Source of the DNA: Mobula hypostoma
Lineage: Eukaryota
Length of the DNA: 64,000 nucleotides
Reading direction: 5' to 3'
Assembly: GCF_963921235.1 (NCBI RefSeq)
Contig: NC_086097.1
Coordinates: 184,326,001-184,390,000, forward strand
The first letter of the stretch is position 1, and each line of letters starts with the position of its first letter. Shown here in pieces: positions 36,651 to 49,611 of the stretch. The notes under the pieces are model-generated. The model saw nothing but the letters and a program-made list of their open reading frames with translations, made no database searches and was not told the origin of the DNA. Both the position numbers and the translations under genes were made by a program.

Positions 36651-36821
36651 CAGTGTTCTCTAGAACATTCTCCCAGTCCCACTCTCCTGACTGGATGACA
36701 CACATTCCTAAGCACCCCTGATCTTTAACGATAACCCAAACACTGCCAGCAGAACACACTGCTTCTACAGAAAGGCCATTACATGAAATACCTTACATTA
36801 GTAGTAAACACTTTACCAGGG
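36651..36821 (-). repeat. Truncated 3' LTR
   Basis: Aligns to 43325-43502 (7 mismatches in the first 60 bp by eye); adjacent to the PPT GGGAGAGAG on the minus strand (36822-36830). Confidence 0.85.
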
Positions 36822-36856
36822 CTCTCTCCCATCAAAAGTAGACAAGTCCTCTAAAC

Positions 36857-37140
36857 CAGTAGTCCCTAAACTCCAGGCCGTGGACCGATACTGGGCCATG
36901 AAGCTTGCAGTGGTGCAGCGGTAGCCGGGAAACACCCAGCACATCTTTAAGAAAAAAGCCGAAATAAACAAGCTAATTAATTAGGTGCTGCCCGGTACTT
37001 AAATGTCGGCCCAGATCAGAGGTGACACCTAATTTCGGCTTTTTTCTTAAAGATGTGCTGGGTGCATTCTGGCTACCACTGCACCCCTGCATGCTTCGCG
37101 GATCGGTATCGGTCCGCAGCCTGGAGGTTGGGGACCACTG
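36857..37140. mobile_element. hAT (Charlie-like) palindromic MITE inserted in the Gypsy element
   Basis: TIRs CAGTAGTCCCTAAAC / GGTTGGGGACCACTG; long internal inverted repeats; degenerate 8-bp TSD CTCTAAAC / CCTTAGAC. Confidence 0.85.
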
Positions 37141-37205
37141 CCTTAGACTTCGAAATTGATCAACCCTCCCATTAATAGCACAGCTTACAAAGGAATCTTG
37201 TGATG

Positions 37206-40200
37206 TCAGGACCTCCAATCCATTTGTAAATGGTAGGGATATGTCTCACTCGGGGGTATAGGTGGAACACTCTGTTCCCCTGGTGTGATATAGGCCTGCC
37301 TCTCTGGGGGTTTCCTGACTCTTTGAGACCTCCTTATCCCATCATCTATTTCTTCAGTCTCAAACACTTCTTGGAATCTTTCTTGTCTACTTGGAGAGGC
37401 CTCTCCCAGTCTGATTCTCATGCCTTCTGTCAACTTATGGCTCCCTGTCACTTTGGAGCCTAGTTTGCCTACATTGTCCAACTGCAAGTCTGCCTGTCCA
37501 CTGCTAGTCCTTCCTGTTACATTCACCTCAGCATGGGCTGGTTGAGGAACCTCCTCGTCAATTACTGGGGAGTTTGCATAGGGTAACATATACCACACCT
37601 CTATTTCCTCATCCTGTCATCCATACAACATTCAGAGGTGAAGTCCCCTGAAGGTTTCTCAACTGCTTCTCCTTCTGTTCTCCCCCATTGCTGTAGAGTC
37701 CTCTTACTAGGTGTAGGGTCCATGTTGAGCTCTATATCAGCACGTTCCCCTTGTCCCAGAGGTAGAATGTGGTTCTGACTGAGAATCTTGACACATCCAT
37801 TCCCATCTTTTGGTTTCACCTGGAAAACTGGTACGTTCGGCATCTGACTCTCCACTATGTAAGGCATAGCCACCTAGAGGTCAGCCAACCTGTGCTTCAT
37901 TGGTAGCCCCAAATTCCTTATGAAAACTCTGCCTCCAGGCATCAGTGCGGCGAAATTCTGTGTACAGTTGTAGCAGAGGACCAGATGACCAATATGCTGA
38001 CTCCATTTGCTGATCTCCAGGGTTCCAAGCATGTCTAGCAAGATCTGGTTGAACCTCTCGGGCTGGGGATTACCCTGAGGGTGATAAGATGTTATCCTTG
38101 ACTTCTCGCCTCCAAGCATGCTGGGTAACTCATGTGTGAGCCTACTCTCAAAATCCTGTCTCTGATCACTATGTATCATCTGAGGAGGCCATAATGAACA
38201 AAATACCTTTCCATAATACTTCGGCCATGGTGGATGTCTTCTGATCCTTTGCAGGGAAAGCTTGCTGGAATCAGACTCTATGGAAAGGAAATCCATACAC
38301 ACGAGATCAATTGGCCCCTCACTCTGCAAATGGGATAACGGAGCGGCTCTTACAGGCAGTGTCTTCCTCCGAATACATTGAATGCACAACTTACAGTACA
38401 CTTCAACCTCAGGCTTCATTTGGGCCCAGTAGAACCAATCTCTGACCAATCCATAGATCCTGTCAAACCCCAAATGACCTGAATCACCATAAATTGACCT
38501 CAACACAATCCTTCGATACTTCTCTGGCAGAACCAACTTGGAACGGAGGCCTTTCTGGAGGAGACGTGACCTGGTATAGAACCTGGTCCCTCAACTCCAG
38601 TTTGTTCCATTCTCTCAGAAGTAGAGGTATGGCAGTGTGTTTCAGCTCTTCAGCTTGGGCCATATCCCCTTTCACAACAGCTGACCAAACGGTACCTATT
38701 CAAGGGTCACCTCGCTGAGTGGTGGTCACCTTCCCCGGACTCAATTGCTTTGTATTCAGAGCAGTCTGGTTGCAGTAAGTTTGTGGAATGGCACAGCCAG
38801 AAGCTCCCAAATGATCCAGCGCTCCATCCTGCCCAGGCCTTTCCCATGACAGAAAATTGGCACATTGCTTTAACTTCAGGGACAGAAATGCTCTCCCACT
38901 CTCTATCTATTTCCAGCCCTTCATGTGCGCATCAGGACAATGCATCAGCATCAATGTTCCTGCTCCCCAGCCTGTACTTCAGGCTGAAATCATAGGCAGA
39001 CAGCATCGGCACCAAAGATGGCCTGTAGCAACTAATTTCACTGAGGTCAGGATATAAATCAATGGATTGGTGTCCATCCGCCTCTTGAACTTGGCACCAC
39101 AGTTCCATCTCAGTGCCAGAAACTCCAATCTGTGAGTGGGGTAGTTTCACTTGGAGGGTGGCAGACTCCGGCTGACAAAAGCAACAGGTCTCAACCCTGT
39201 GTCCTAATCCTGATGCAGAATGCCCCCTAAGCCCTCTCAGCTGGCGTCTGTATGCAATAGATATGGCAACTGGAGGTTTGCAAAACCAACATAGGTGCTT
39301 TCGTCAGCAGCTCCATCAGCAACTGAAAAACCTCTTCACATTTCGCACCCCATCTTACTTCAAAAGGCTGTGAAGGGCCAAGATAATCTTTACCATCTTC
39401 TCCTTTTGTCCTCTTCCTGTTCTTCCCCAAGGGAGAGTAGCTGTACAAAAGCTAGTTCAAAGGGAGACTCACCTTGGAGCAGTCCTTCATGAACCCCCAA
39501 TAGTACCCACAGAATTCAAGGAACGAGTGTAGAGCACTCGCATTCCTGGGCCTTGGCCATGTGGTCACCGCCTTTATCTTTGACAGATCAGTAGCAATTC
39601 TGTTCTGCGAGACTATGTGCCCTGCATAATTGATAGATGTCTTGCAGAACTGGCACTTGTCCAGTGTCAGTTTTAACCCTTCAACTTTCAGGTGGCCTTT
39701 AACACCTTCAATAGCCTCACCTCGCGCTCTTCCAGGGTGGACTCAAACACTATGAAATCGCCCAGGTACACCAGCACCTCAAGCAAGTTCATGTCCCAAG
39801 AGTTTTCTCCATAACACGCTGGAAAGTAGCCAGGGCTCCTAACATGCCCTGGAGCATCCTTTCAATCTCAAAGAATCCAAGAGGACATATGAATGCTGTC
39901 TTCTCCTTGTCAACTTCACTCATGGGTATCTGATAATAGCGACTCCTTAGGTCCAGCACACTGAACCACTTCGCTCCACTCAGGCTGGCCAGTGCGTCCT
40001 CGATCCTCAGAACAGTATATTGGTTGGGGACTGGGCAACAGTTCAGGGTCCGATAGTCAACACACATTTGTACCTTCTCATTCCTCTTCCTCACTATCAC
40101 TATGAGTGATGCATTGGGACTCCTGGACTCAGTGATGATCCCAGCTTCCTTCAGCTTCTGCAGATGCTGCCAAATGTCCTCCACCTCGACGGCTGCCCGT

Positions 40201-41250
40201 TGCTGAGACCTTTCTCTGAAAGGGGAGTCCTCCATCACTCAGATGGTATGGCAAGCACTCTTGGAACAACCACATCAAACTCATCAGTAGAAAAGACATC
40301 TTCGAACTTCAACATTTTCTCTGTCAATCTCCTTTTCCAACCTTCAGGTATTGGACAGTTGCCAAAGTTGAATAACTTGGCTGTCAACTTTCCATTTCCA
40401 GGAGTTGATCTCTCTCTTCCTTTTCTCACAGGAACTAGACATTACAGTCACCAGAAAAAAATGTGCCATTGGCGTTCTCCGCCCGAGAGTGACCTCCCCT
40501 TCCGAGGTGTTCCTGACAATTACTGTCATCCTGTTTACCTGTACAACTGACAGTTCTGCATTTCAGGCCTCACCAATACCCTGGCAGGTAAGTATGACTC
40601 CTCTTTGTTGTCTTTCGAAGCATCCACCAGGAGGATCTCGGCATCAAACATTCTGGGAAATTTGAGGTTTCCCGCCACTCTAGCTACCTCCCCAGGTCGT
40701 AACGTGATGTGTTTAGATGTGGTGTATCACATTGTTTCTCATTTATGCTCATCATCCAGCCAAGGATGGGCATGCACTTCCTCAAAAGCACCTCTGAACA
40801 CAGGGTGAATGGATAAGGTTTTTTGAAAGCTCTCTCCAACTTTCTCCTTGCAGGCTCCCACTATTCTCCTCACAATAGGAGTATTTGTTCCCACAAGAAT
40901 TCAAGCTTCACCATTCTCAACTGGGTCTAGTCAAACTAACACTAATGTATCAAGGACTTCAGCTACTCCCACATCTGCATCTGAAAACTCCAGCTTCAAT
41001 GACAAGTAACCATCATACCGGTAGTTATCAGTACTAAGGCCCCAGAGCTCTAGGGCACTGAGTGGCATCAATGGTAAATGTGTTAAATACAAGTTGTAGA
41101 AAGATCTGTACAGCAGAGTAACCTGAGAACCTGTGTCAAGTATGGCTTGAGTATAAATACCCTTGATTCATAGGGATACACTGGAGCTTGGTCCCACTCA
41201 GCCTCAGGAATAGGATGGGTCTTTCTGGGGTTTTCTGACTTCCCTTGCTG
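37206..41250 (-). pseudogene. Gypsy pol pseudogene
   Basis: Protease AILDTGSQVTL (~41115-41150); RT CVDYRTLN, FSVLDLRSRYYQI, VYLGD (YLDD mutated); RNase H end NIDADALS; integrase GHLG..C..C and YHPQGNPQPERFN. Confidence 0.9.
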
Positions 41251-41269
41251 TTCACTTTTCGAAGGTTTT

Positions 41270-42624
41270 CTTGACCTTCACACTCCCCCTTGAAATGTCC
41301 CTCCTCACCACAATTGAAACAGACAATGCCAGTCGCTCCCCTTTTCAAGGGACCCTATTCAGTCGCAGCCCTCTGCCGAGTACGTCTCACCAGTGGGTTC
41401 AGCTCCTAATCGGCTTTGTTCTGCTTGAAAGCAGCATCAGCTGATATCAACCGAGATACCTTGGCTCTTCAAATCTTTCACGAAATCTTGTAAAACCCCC
41501 TCCTGTGAGATATCTGGGGTCAGCGACAAAGGGTTCCTCCAAGGACTGTGCCCTGCTGACAGAGGCCTCCCGGTCTTCCATTGTGTCAGCCTCCTCTCGT
41601 ACTTCTCTGATCAACTCAAAAAACGAGGGGGGGGTGCAATTCCTACAAAACATTTGGAAGCTTAAAGCAATCATGTCACCTAACTGTGTGCCCTTTGTCA
41701 CTTGGTCCATCCTTAACTGATTCACTTCAGTCGTTTGGGTGGGCCCTCTATTCCTCAAGCCATGCAGCTGTCTCTCTAGCCGAAAAATGTAGGCAGAAGG
41801 TTTTTTCCCCCTTCTCCTGGAACATGTTCCTGAACCTTGTCATAAGCTCCATTGGGCTTCCCATTGCACCAAAAACACTTTCTAGTTCTTGCATGCATCC
41901 TGCGGAAGAAGCAAAGATGTTCTCTGCCTTTAAGGACTTCACAACTTCAGCAGCCAAACCTTTCAGACTTTACCAGTTGCTGACTTTTCACATCATTAGA
42001 ACACTGCCACTCATCCAGCATCTGAGAGGTCTTCTCCACCCAAGTCTCATGTTCCTCCTCCCCCTTGGGGGGGTGGGCTTCACTCCCTAGAACATCCTCA
42101 GCCTACAATAACTTTGACCCTCAGCCGGTGCACTTTGCCATTATCCACCAGGGACATAAGGGCCAATACCAACTCAGAATTTTCACCCCTCGCTGGAAGA
42201 CTCATTAGACCTTCCACATCAAACCACTCCTTCCCCTTGCTCCGAAGAAACAAGGGCAACGTGTCTTAAAAGACTCTGCCCTCAGGTACAGGAAAACCCG
42301 ACTTCCAACTCGGCACTCTTGCCTACGCTCCCCTCTTCTTTGAAAGTATGGACAGCCCATGGCCCTGCCTCTCCTGGGACCCCAGTGGTACCAGGCAGAT
42401 CCATTCCCATTGCATCAGCCCTAGTCTGAACTAACACCATATTTTTCCTAGCCATGTGATCAAATGTCGCTCCATGATCGTAACTTTTCCTAATGCTTTA
42501 ACAGTGCTTAAAACCCTCACAATAATTCATCTGGGCTGCTGATATCCACCCTGCTCAGAACATGAGCATTAGCTATGGGTAATCTCTTTGAATTGCACCA
42601 ACGCTTAACCCCTGCTGCATCCAT
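41270..42624 (-). pseudogene. Gypsy gag pseudogene, PNMA-like, with CCHC knuckle
   Basis: Starts MDAAGVKRWC; contains KPTPQGEEEHETW, AAEVVKSLK..ELESVFG and CFNCGEEGHFKGEC. Confidence 0.8.
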
Positions 42625-42720
42625 AACCATGTATCTTAATCACTTTCCCAGACAATAGTTTAACACAGGATTAATCACAAACCCACTTGATCAATTCTTA
42701 GGGCAATTACACAGAGTTTA

Positions 42721-42740
42721 ATCCTGGGCCATAACCCCCA
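42721..42740 (-). other. Primer-binding site, tRNA-Pro-like, degenerate
   Basis: TGGGGGTTATGGCCCAGGAT directly after the 5' LTR, compared with the canonical TGGGGGCTCGTCCGGGAT. Confidence 0.6.
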
Positions 42741-42743
42741 TAA

Positions 42744-43509
42744 TGGATAGCCCCCTTTTACTGGATGCCTTTGGAAATGCAGCTTGTTAGCCCCTTATTA
42801 ACAGCCACTGAACCCTGCTGTGAGAAAACTATCTTTCTCAGGTTCCCTACATTCCCTACGTTGGTCCCACCAAAACCATGAGGTTGGAATGCTTTGCCCA
42901 CCCAAACCCCGGTTTGTGGAAATGCTGCATGATTTACTGCCCCAGGCAATCGCCCGTTGTCAAGAAACAACAGATTGTACACTGCATACAATTATAAAGA
43001 AGTATATTTAAGAATGTTAACTTAAGCAAACTGTTATTAAAGGTAGGAAAGAACAGAACAAAAACGGCCCATTATATTTAAATAATTGCATGTGCATGGT
43101 GGAGCTCAAATCTTCTCAAATCGAAATCTTTGTTTTTGGTGTACACTCTGCATCAACTCCTGTTCACTGCTTCCTGGGTAAAGTTCCCCTCTTGGTCTTG
43201 ACTGGATTGCGCATTCCCGCCGGATCAAATTCTATAGTCAGTTCTCTCGAGCTCCTTCTCTCTCCATCTCCCACTGAACAAAGACCTTGACCCACCTCAT
43301 TGTTGGTCACAAATACTGCTCCCACAGCATTCTCTAGAACCTTCTCCCAGTTCCACTCTCCTCATTGGATGACACACATTACTAAGCATCCCTTCCTTAC
43401 CTTTAACAGTAACCCCAAAACTGCCAGCAGAACACACTGCTTCTACAGAAAGACTATTGCATGAAATATCCTACAACATTAGCAGCAAACCCTCGACCAG
43501 GGTGTTACA
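42744..43509 (-). repeat. 5' LTR (~765 bp)
   Basis: Begins TGTAACA on the minus strand at 43509; ends CA just before the PBS. Confidence 0.8.
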
Positions 43510-43559
43510 TTAGTGAGCACCTTCCAAACCCATGACTTCTACTAGATAGAAGGAACAAA

Positions 43560-44965
43560 GAAGGTTGAGGGGTATCAAATAACTTATATAAAATTATGAG
43601 AGGTCCAAACATGGATTGGAATGTGGAACATGCATGTCATTTAGTTGGATTGGATGGGAATTGATTTTTTTTTCAACAAATTTTGGTGTTCCGGAATTTT
43701 CTAACAGAAAAGGTGGTAGAGTCAGAAACACTCATCATATTCAGAAAGTACCTGAATGAATAAATCAATTGCCATAACCTGCAATGTTATGAAACAAGAG
43801 CTAAAAGATAGACTAACCTGGAGTCCATTTCTCCCTGGCATGAAAACTATTCGGTTTTTTTCAATATTATTTACTCTAAATGTTTCTCCACTACTAAGAA
43901 CTCCATTGAGAGCCATATGGAAATAAACAAAAGGTGAGGCATTTGGCCTTCTGATAGAGGAATTAGGCTGGAGCTCTATTCTTCCCAGTGTGACGTTAAG
44001 CACAATTCATGCATGGTGGGTCAGCAGAACGGTCAGGAGAATTGAACATTGGCAATCAGGTCATATCTTTGAATAGAAACAGTTTAGTTGGCTATTTACC
44101 ATGGGAATAATCAAGGACTTGAAATATCAGTTTGAAGTGAAGCTCAGTATTGTTCACTATCCTCCAATCACCACTGCAATCATTAAATGACCTGGCCTGG
44201 AGCTTCAGCTGGGATTTAGTATTCAGAATGCCACTATCTATAGCCTCATGTGAGGTGAAATTGTAGAATTAGATGGAATTTGGAATGGACAGAGAATCAT
44301 TTGAAATAGAGGGACAAAGTGATGTGGTTATCTCACATGGAAAGATTGTGCAAAGTCTGCCAAATGTCATTGGAGAGATTCACATGAAAAGGATGCCAGC
44401 TGCAAAGAACTGTTTACTAATTGGACAAGATAAATCAATATACAGATATCTAAAGAAAGAATTACCATCATAAGCTGGTTGGGGCTTTTTGGATCCCACA
44501 CGAATTGGGTAACAGTGTGTAGGAGGGTCTGTCAGCGCTGGGGGGGGGGGGTTCTGAATCTGAAAGTGGGAACTATCTTGTCAAATGTTACTGCAGGCCT
44601 CAGAACTTCCAGCTGGCTGCCATCTGGGGATGGAATCCAGACTCATAGACAAGAGTTACCCAGGACAAGTAAAACGGTGCTGGCTTTACTACGACATTAT
44701 GGAAGTATTTATGATTATGAGGAGCACAGATATAGCGACAGTAATTGTCTTTTCCTCAGGGTATGTGTATCCAAAATAAGGGGGCATAGGTTTAGTGTGC
44801 AAGGGGTAAGATTTAAAAGGGTCATGGGGGCAACATTTTCATGCTGTGGGTGGTGAGTATATGGACAAGATGCCAGAAGGGGTTGAAAAATGTATAAACT
44901 ATTTAAATAGGTATATGGAAGGGAAGAGCCTGGATGGATTTTGGCTGAATGCAAGGAATTAGGAC
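43560..44965 (+). mobile_element. Old CR1 fragments (43560-43830 and 44300-44965)
   Basis: AGAAGGTTGAGGGG..TATAAAATTATGAG; SKIRGHRFSVQGVRFKR. Confidence 0.6.
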
Positions 44966-45250
44966 TAGGAAGGTAGGCCCCTCTCCTACTCTGTTTCACT
45001 ACGCCTCCATCACTCATCAGCAAGTCGATTACAAGACTCGATGATGTATTTTGTTATAAGTTTAACCTATGAAGAGTCTTGGGGCATTTTACTCTGTTAA
45101 CTGCCTTGCATAAATGGAAATTGCTCTTTTTTCTTTTTATATGCTTTCTCACACTTAGTTTTTGACCTAAAACTTTAACTGTTTTCCCAGGTGCCACCTG
45201 AACTGCTAGGCATTTCCACCATTTTTATTTTTCAATTTGATGTGATAATT

Positions 45251-48030
45251 AGAATCAGAATCAGGTTTAATATCATCAGCATATGTTGTGACATTTATTG
45301 CTTTGCAGCAGCAGTGTATTGCAATGCATAAAAATTTAAAAAAAGCTATAAATTGCAATAATATATTTTAAAAAGTAAATTAGATAAGTAGTGCAAAAAG
45401 AGAACAAGAAAAAAAATACTGAGGTAGTGTACATGGGTTCATTGTACTTTCAGAAATCTGATACCGGAGGGCAAGAAGTTGTTCTAAATGCTGGGTGTGT
45501 GTCTTCAGGCTCCTATACCTCCACCTTGATGAGAAGAGGCTACGTCCTGGGTGACAGAGGTTTTGATGCTGCCTTTTGAAGAAGTCCACGATATGGGGGG
45601 GGGGGAGGGGGGCAGCTGGCTGAGTCGTAACTTCTGTAGAAATTTGCCTAGTCCTGGGTGACATACCAATTTTCCTCAAATTCCTAATGAAGTATAGCTG
45701 CTGTTGGGCCCAAGATAGATCTTCAGAGATGTTGACACCCAGGAATTAAATCTGCTCAGCCCTTCCATTGCTGATTCCTCGATAAGGACTGGTGTGTGTT
45801 CCCTTGACTTCCTCTTCTTGATCCTCAATCTATTCCTTAGTCTTACTGACATTGAGTGCAATGTTATTATTGCAACACCACTCAACTAACTGATCTATCT
45901 CACTCCTGTATGTGTTGTGTCATTGGCAAATTAATAGATGGAAATTAAGCCATACCTAGCCACACAGTCATGTGTGTAGGGAGAGTAGAGCAGTGGGCTA
46001 TGCACATATTCTTAAGGTGCACCAGCGTTGATTGTCATATTTCCAATGTGCACTGATCGTGGTCACCCAATGAGGAAGTGAAGGATAAAGTTATGGGGGA
46101 GGTGGAGAGAACAAGGTTTTGGAGCTTGTTGATTCCCACTGAGGGTATGATGGTGTTGAATGCTGAGCTGTAATCAACCAACGGCAGACTGACACAGGTA
46201 TTGCTATTGTCCAGGTGATCCAAGGCCAAGTGGAGAGCTGGTGAGATAGTATCCGCTGTAGACATATTCTGGCAATAGGCAAATTGCAGCAGGTCCAGAT
46301 TCTTGTTCAGGCTGAAGTTGATTCTGGCCATGACCAACCTCTCAAGTAGTTCATCACAGTAGATCTGAGTGCAACTGAGTGAAAGTTATTGAAGTAGCTC
46401 ACCTTGCTCATCTTGGATACTGGTATGATTATCATCTTTTGACACAGATGGGAGCCTCCAACTGTAGAACTGAGAGGTTGAAGATATTCTTGAAAACTTC
46501 CCACCAGTTCATTAGCACAAGTTTTCAGTTCCCTAACAGATACACCATCAAGGCTGAATAAGGGTTCACCCTTTTTGATGTCGGCCTCTGAGACAGAGAT
46601 CACAGGTCACCAAGTGCAGCAGGGATTCTTACAGGGTGTAGTTTTATTTTCCCTTTGAAAACGTGCATAAGGTGCATTGAGCTCATCTGGGAGTGAAGCA
46701 CTATTGTCATTCATGATGTTAAGTTTTGCCTTGTAGGAAGTAATGACCTGCAGACCCCGCCAGAGCAGACGTGCATCCAGTTCTCTCTCTAACTTCACTT
46801 GGATTGTTTTTTCACTCTTCAAATAGCCTTCAGTAAGTTGTACCTGAAGATATTGTATAGTTCTGGATCACCGGTCTTGGATGCCACAGATCTAGCCCTC
46901 AGCAGACTACAAATCTCTTGGTTTATCCACAGCTTTTGGTTTGGGTATGTCCGGTATGTTCTCAAAAGCACGGACTCATTCACACAGATCATAATGAAGT
47001 TGGTGACAACTGTGGCATATTCATTCAGGCCCGAAGATGAATCCTGGAATATTGTCTAGTCCACCGACTCAAAACAGTCCTGTAAGTATTCCTCCACCTC
47101 CCCTGGCCATACCTTCTTTGTCTTCACCTCTGATGCTGTAGTCTTTAGTTTCTGCCCGTAGGCTGGGAGTAGAAGAACAGTCATGTGATCAGAGTTTTGG
47201 GCTGGAATGGCAAATGTTCTTGATGAACAATTACATCAAGAACGGTATAATAGTGGTCAAGTGTGTAGGCTTCTCTGGTTTCACATGTGATACGTTGGTG
47301 GTAGTTGTTCAGAGACTTTTTCAAGCTGGCCTGGTTGAAATTCCCTGCAATGAATGGGAAGGCATCAGGGTGCACTGTTTCGTGACTGCTAATCATCCTG
47401 TTCAGCTCCTCCGGTGCCTCCCTGATATTGGCCAGAGGTGGAATATACACAGCTACTAGGATGACTTTGGAAATCTCCCTTAGCATATAACATAGACAAC
47501 ACGACTGCGCGGTGTTCCAGATCAAGTGAAGAGGATTGCGACAGAACTGCCACATCTGTGCACCATGATGAGCTAACCATGAAGCATACTCCAGCTCCTC
47601 TACTCACCTGCCTGAAGTTGCAGATGTGAGCCATATTTGTGTGAGGCAAAGGAAATAGCAGTCCCTGGTGTCCCTCTGGTATAGCAAAATTGCTCTGAGG
47701 TCTTCAGATTTATTTTCCAGAGACTGTACATTTGCCAGTAGGATAGTAGGAAGTGGGGTCTAAAGTTTCTGTGTTTCAATCATACCTACAGACCATCTTT
47801 CCTCACCTCTTTTTCTTAAAGGCGAATTGAACTTGTGACCTGAGTCTACCTTCCAGGATCACCAATTTTGAGGCTGGATAGATTTTTATTTCTCTTTAAA
47901 CAATGTTGCTTAGTGAAATGCCCATGGTTGTAACTGTGAATTTCCGCTAAAGAAGTCCTAAATGGCAATATTTGATGATTCCCATCGAAGCTGCATGAAA
48001 AGAGTTGCCACTTACTCACACCATTTTGGT
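45251..48030 (-). mobile_element. Near full-length decayed Rex1/Babar LINE (APE endonuclease and RT)
   Basis: APE motifs GAGVCFMV, VAVYIPP, AGNFNQA, TLDHYY; RT motifs LQFAYCQNMSTAD, VDYSSAFNTI; 5' head CAAAATGGTG..AAATGGCAACTC; AGAATC repeat tail. Confidence 0.92.
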
Positions 48031-49611
48031 GTAACTAATGTTTTTATATATTGGGCTTGTCCCCTTTATTGACTTCAAAGTAACTGCAATCTGTGCCAAT
48101 TTTATTGTAATATTGAGCAAATAAGGAGAAAGTTAAAATTAGAGGTGCATGTATAAAAGCACAGAGTTATCACTTACTTTGCTGTCAAAGGCCAATGGCC
48201 CACGGGTTCCAATCAGTGAACACTTCTCCTTATTCACTGCAATCCCTTACCTCTCACAACCTTCCTCAAGAGACATGCAGCAACCATCTGCTCTAGTTGC
48301 TGGTTACGTAGTAAGCAAGTGCCAGCTTTTCACAATGATGAGATGTTGTTCCTGAGCTTGGCATTTATTTTCTGACCCAGTTAGTTTGGGAGGGTGGCAA
48401 TGGGAAAAGGCTGTTGTTGGTGAGCTTGAAAAATTTAAATTATAGATCTTCTGGTGCAGTCTGGAAGACCCATAGGCAATAGCAAAGTTTGGCATTTCTG
48501 ATTTGTCTTAGGAATGGCTCCTGGGGAACTAGTTGTGAAGCAGTTTATTCATTCAGCTGCAAACTTACTTGCATTGCCAAAGCAAAATGGGTTCCAGGAC
48601 TATACCGTAGGGACTGGCTGTGAAACTAAACTGTAGCAGTCCAGATCAACAGGCCACCCAGCTGCTTATATATTACAGAATCACTGGGTTTCTACAATAT
48701 GTGGCTTGTTAAAAGCTAATCTCAAAATATCAAACATTGATATATGCCTATAAAAAGTTGTCTACCAAAACATTCTTATCAAGTAAGTTACTATGTTGCT
48801 ACATATTTTGTTTCTAATTCTGTCATAATTAAATAAGATTACTTTTGCTGTGTTGGAGTGCAAAGGACAAGGAAAGTATTAGCTGGCTAATAGCCAGTTA
48901 ACTTTCAGTGTGGGCAACCTCTCAAAAAATGTGTTACTTGTCAACAGTTATGTCAAATATTTCAGGGAGAAGAGTATTTCCTTTTTGAGATGTTAATGGA
49001 TTAATTATGAATTAAAATTTTTAAAAATCACTATATCTATCTAGCTTGCTTTCTAAATCCTCATAGATCCACTATAAAATGCCACAATGGAGAAGTAAAA
49101 AGAAGAGCATCTACATGGTGGAAATATGTATCTAATGACATTCATATCTTTACCAAGCATTCTATATGTACCACATGACATGCCTTAAGTTACTGGTAAA
49201 TTCAATACAAAATATGAATTCCTGTAGGAAATCTATCTATTTCACGGTTCAGTGAATCAGTGCCAGGTGCTCCTATTCATTCCCTTAGGCATTTATTTTG
49301 CAGCTTTACTACTTGTTTAGTAAAATATTGGGGAGCTGTTAAATTCCCTTCCCTTCCCTCAAACTAGATAAGCTTGGGAAAAGTCGAAGAATTAGTGCAA
49401 AAACTGAAACAAATCCATTTCAGTTTTGAAAGGATATTTGAGGGGCAGGCAACTGATGCAAGTTTCGAAAGAGAAATTGTTCATTGATCTTTTAAGGATG
49501 TTGTTTGCTTTAACTTGAGCCAAATATCTCCATCATCACATTTCTTTGTGATCCACGCACTTTGTCTCCACCATGACAGCCGTACTTCCTCTTAAGATCA
49601 CCTTCTCCATA

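Larger units (their letters stand above)
36651..43509 (-). mobile_element. Decayed Gypsy LTR retrotransposon (PNMA-like gag; PR-RT-RH-IN order)
   Basis: Paired LTR sequence, PBS, PPT, gag zinc knuckle, protease, RT, RNase H and integrase motifs in Gypsy order; many stops and frameshifts. Confidence 0.93.

Noticed and set aside
41270-42624. Domesticated PNMA-like host gene
   Set aside because: Multiple stops and frameshifts, and still embedded in an LTR element.
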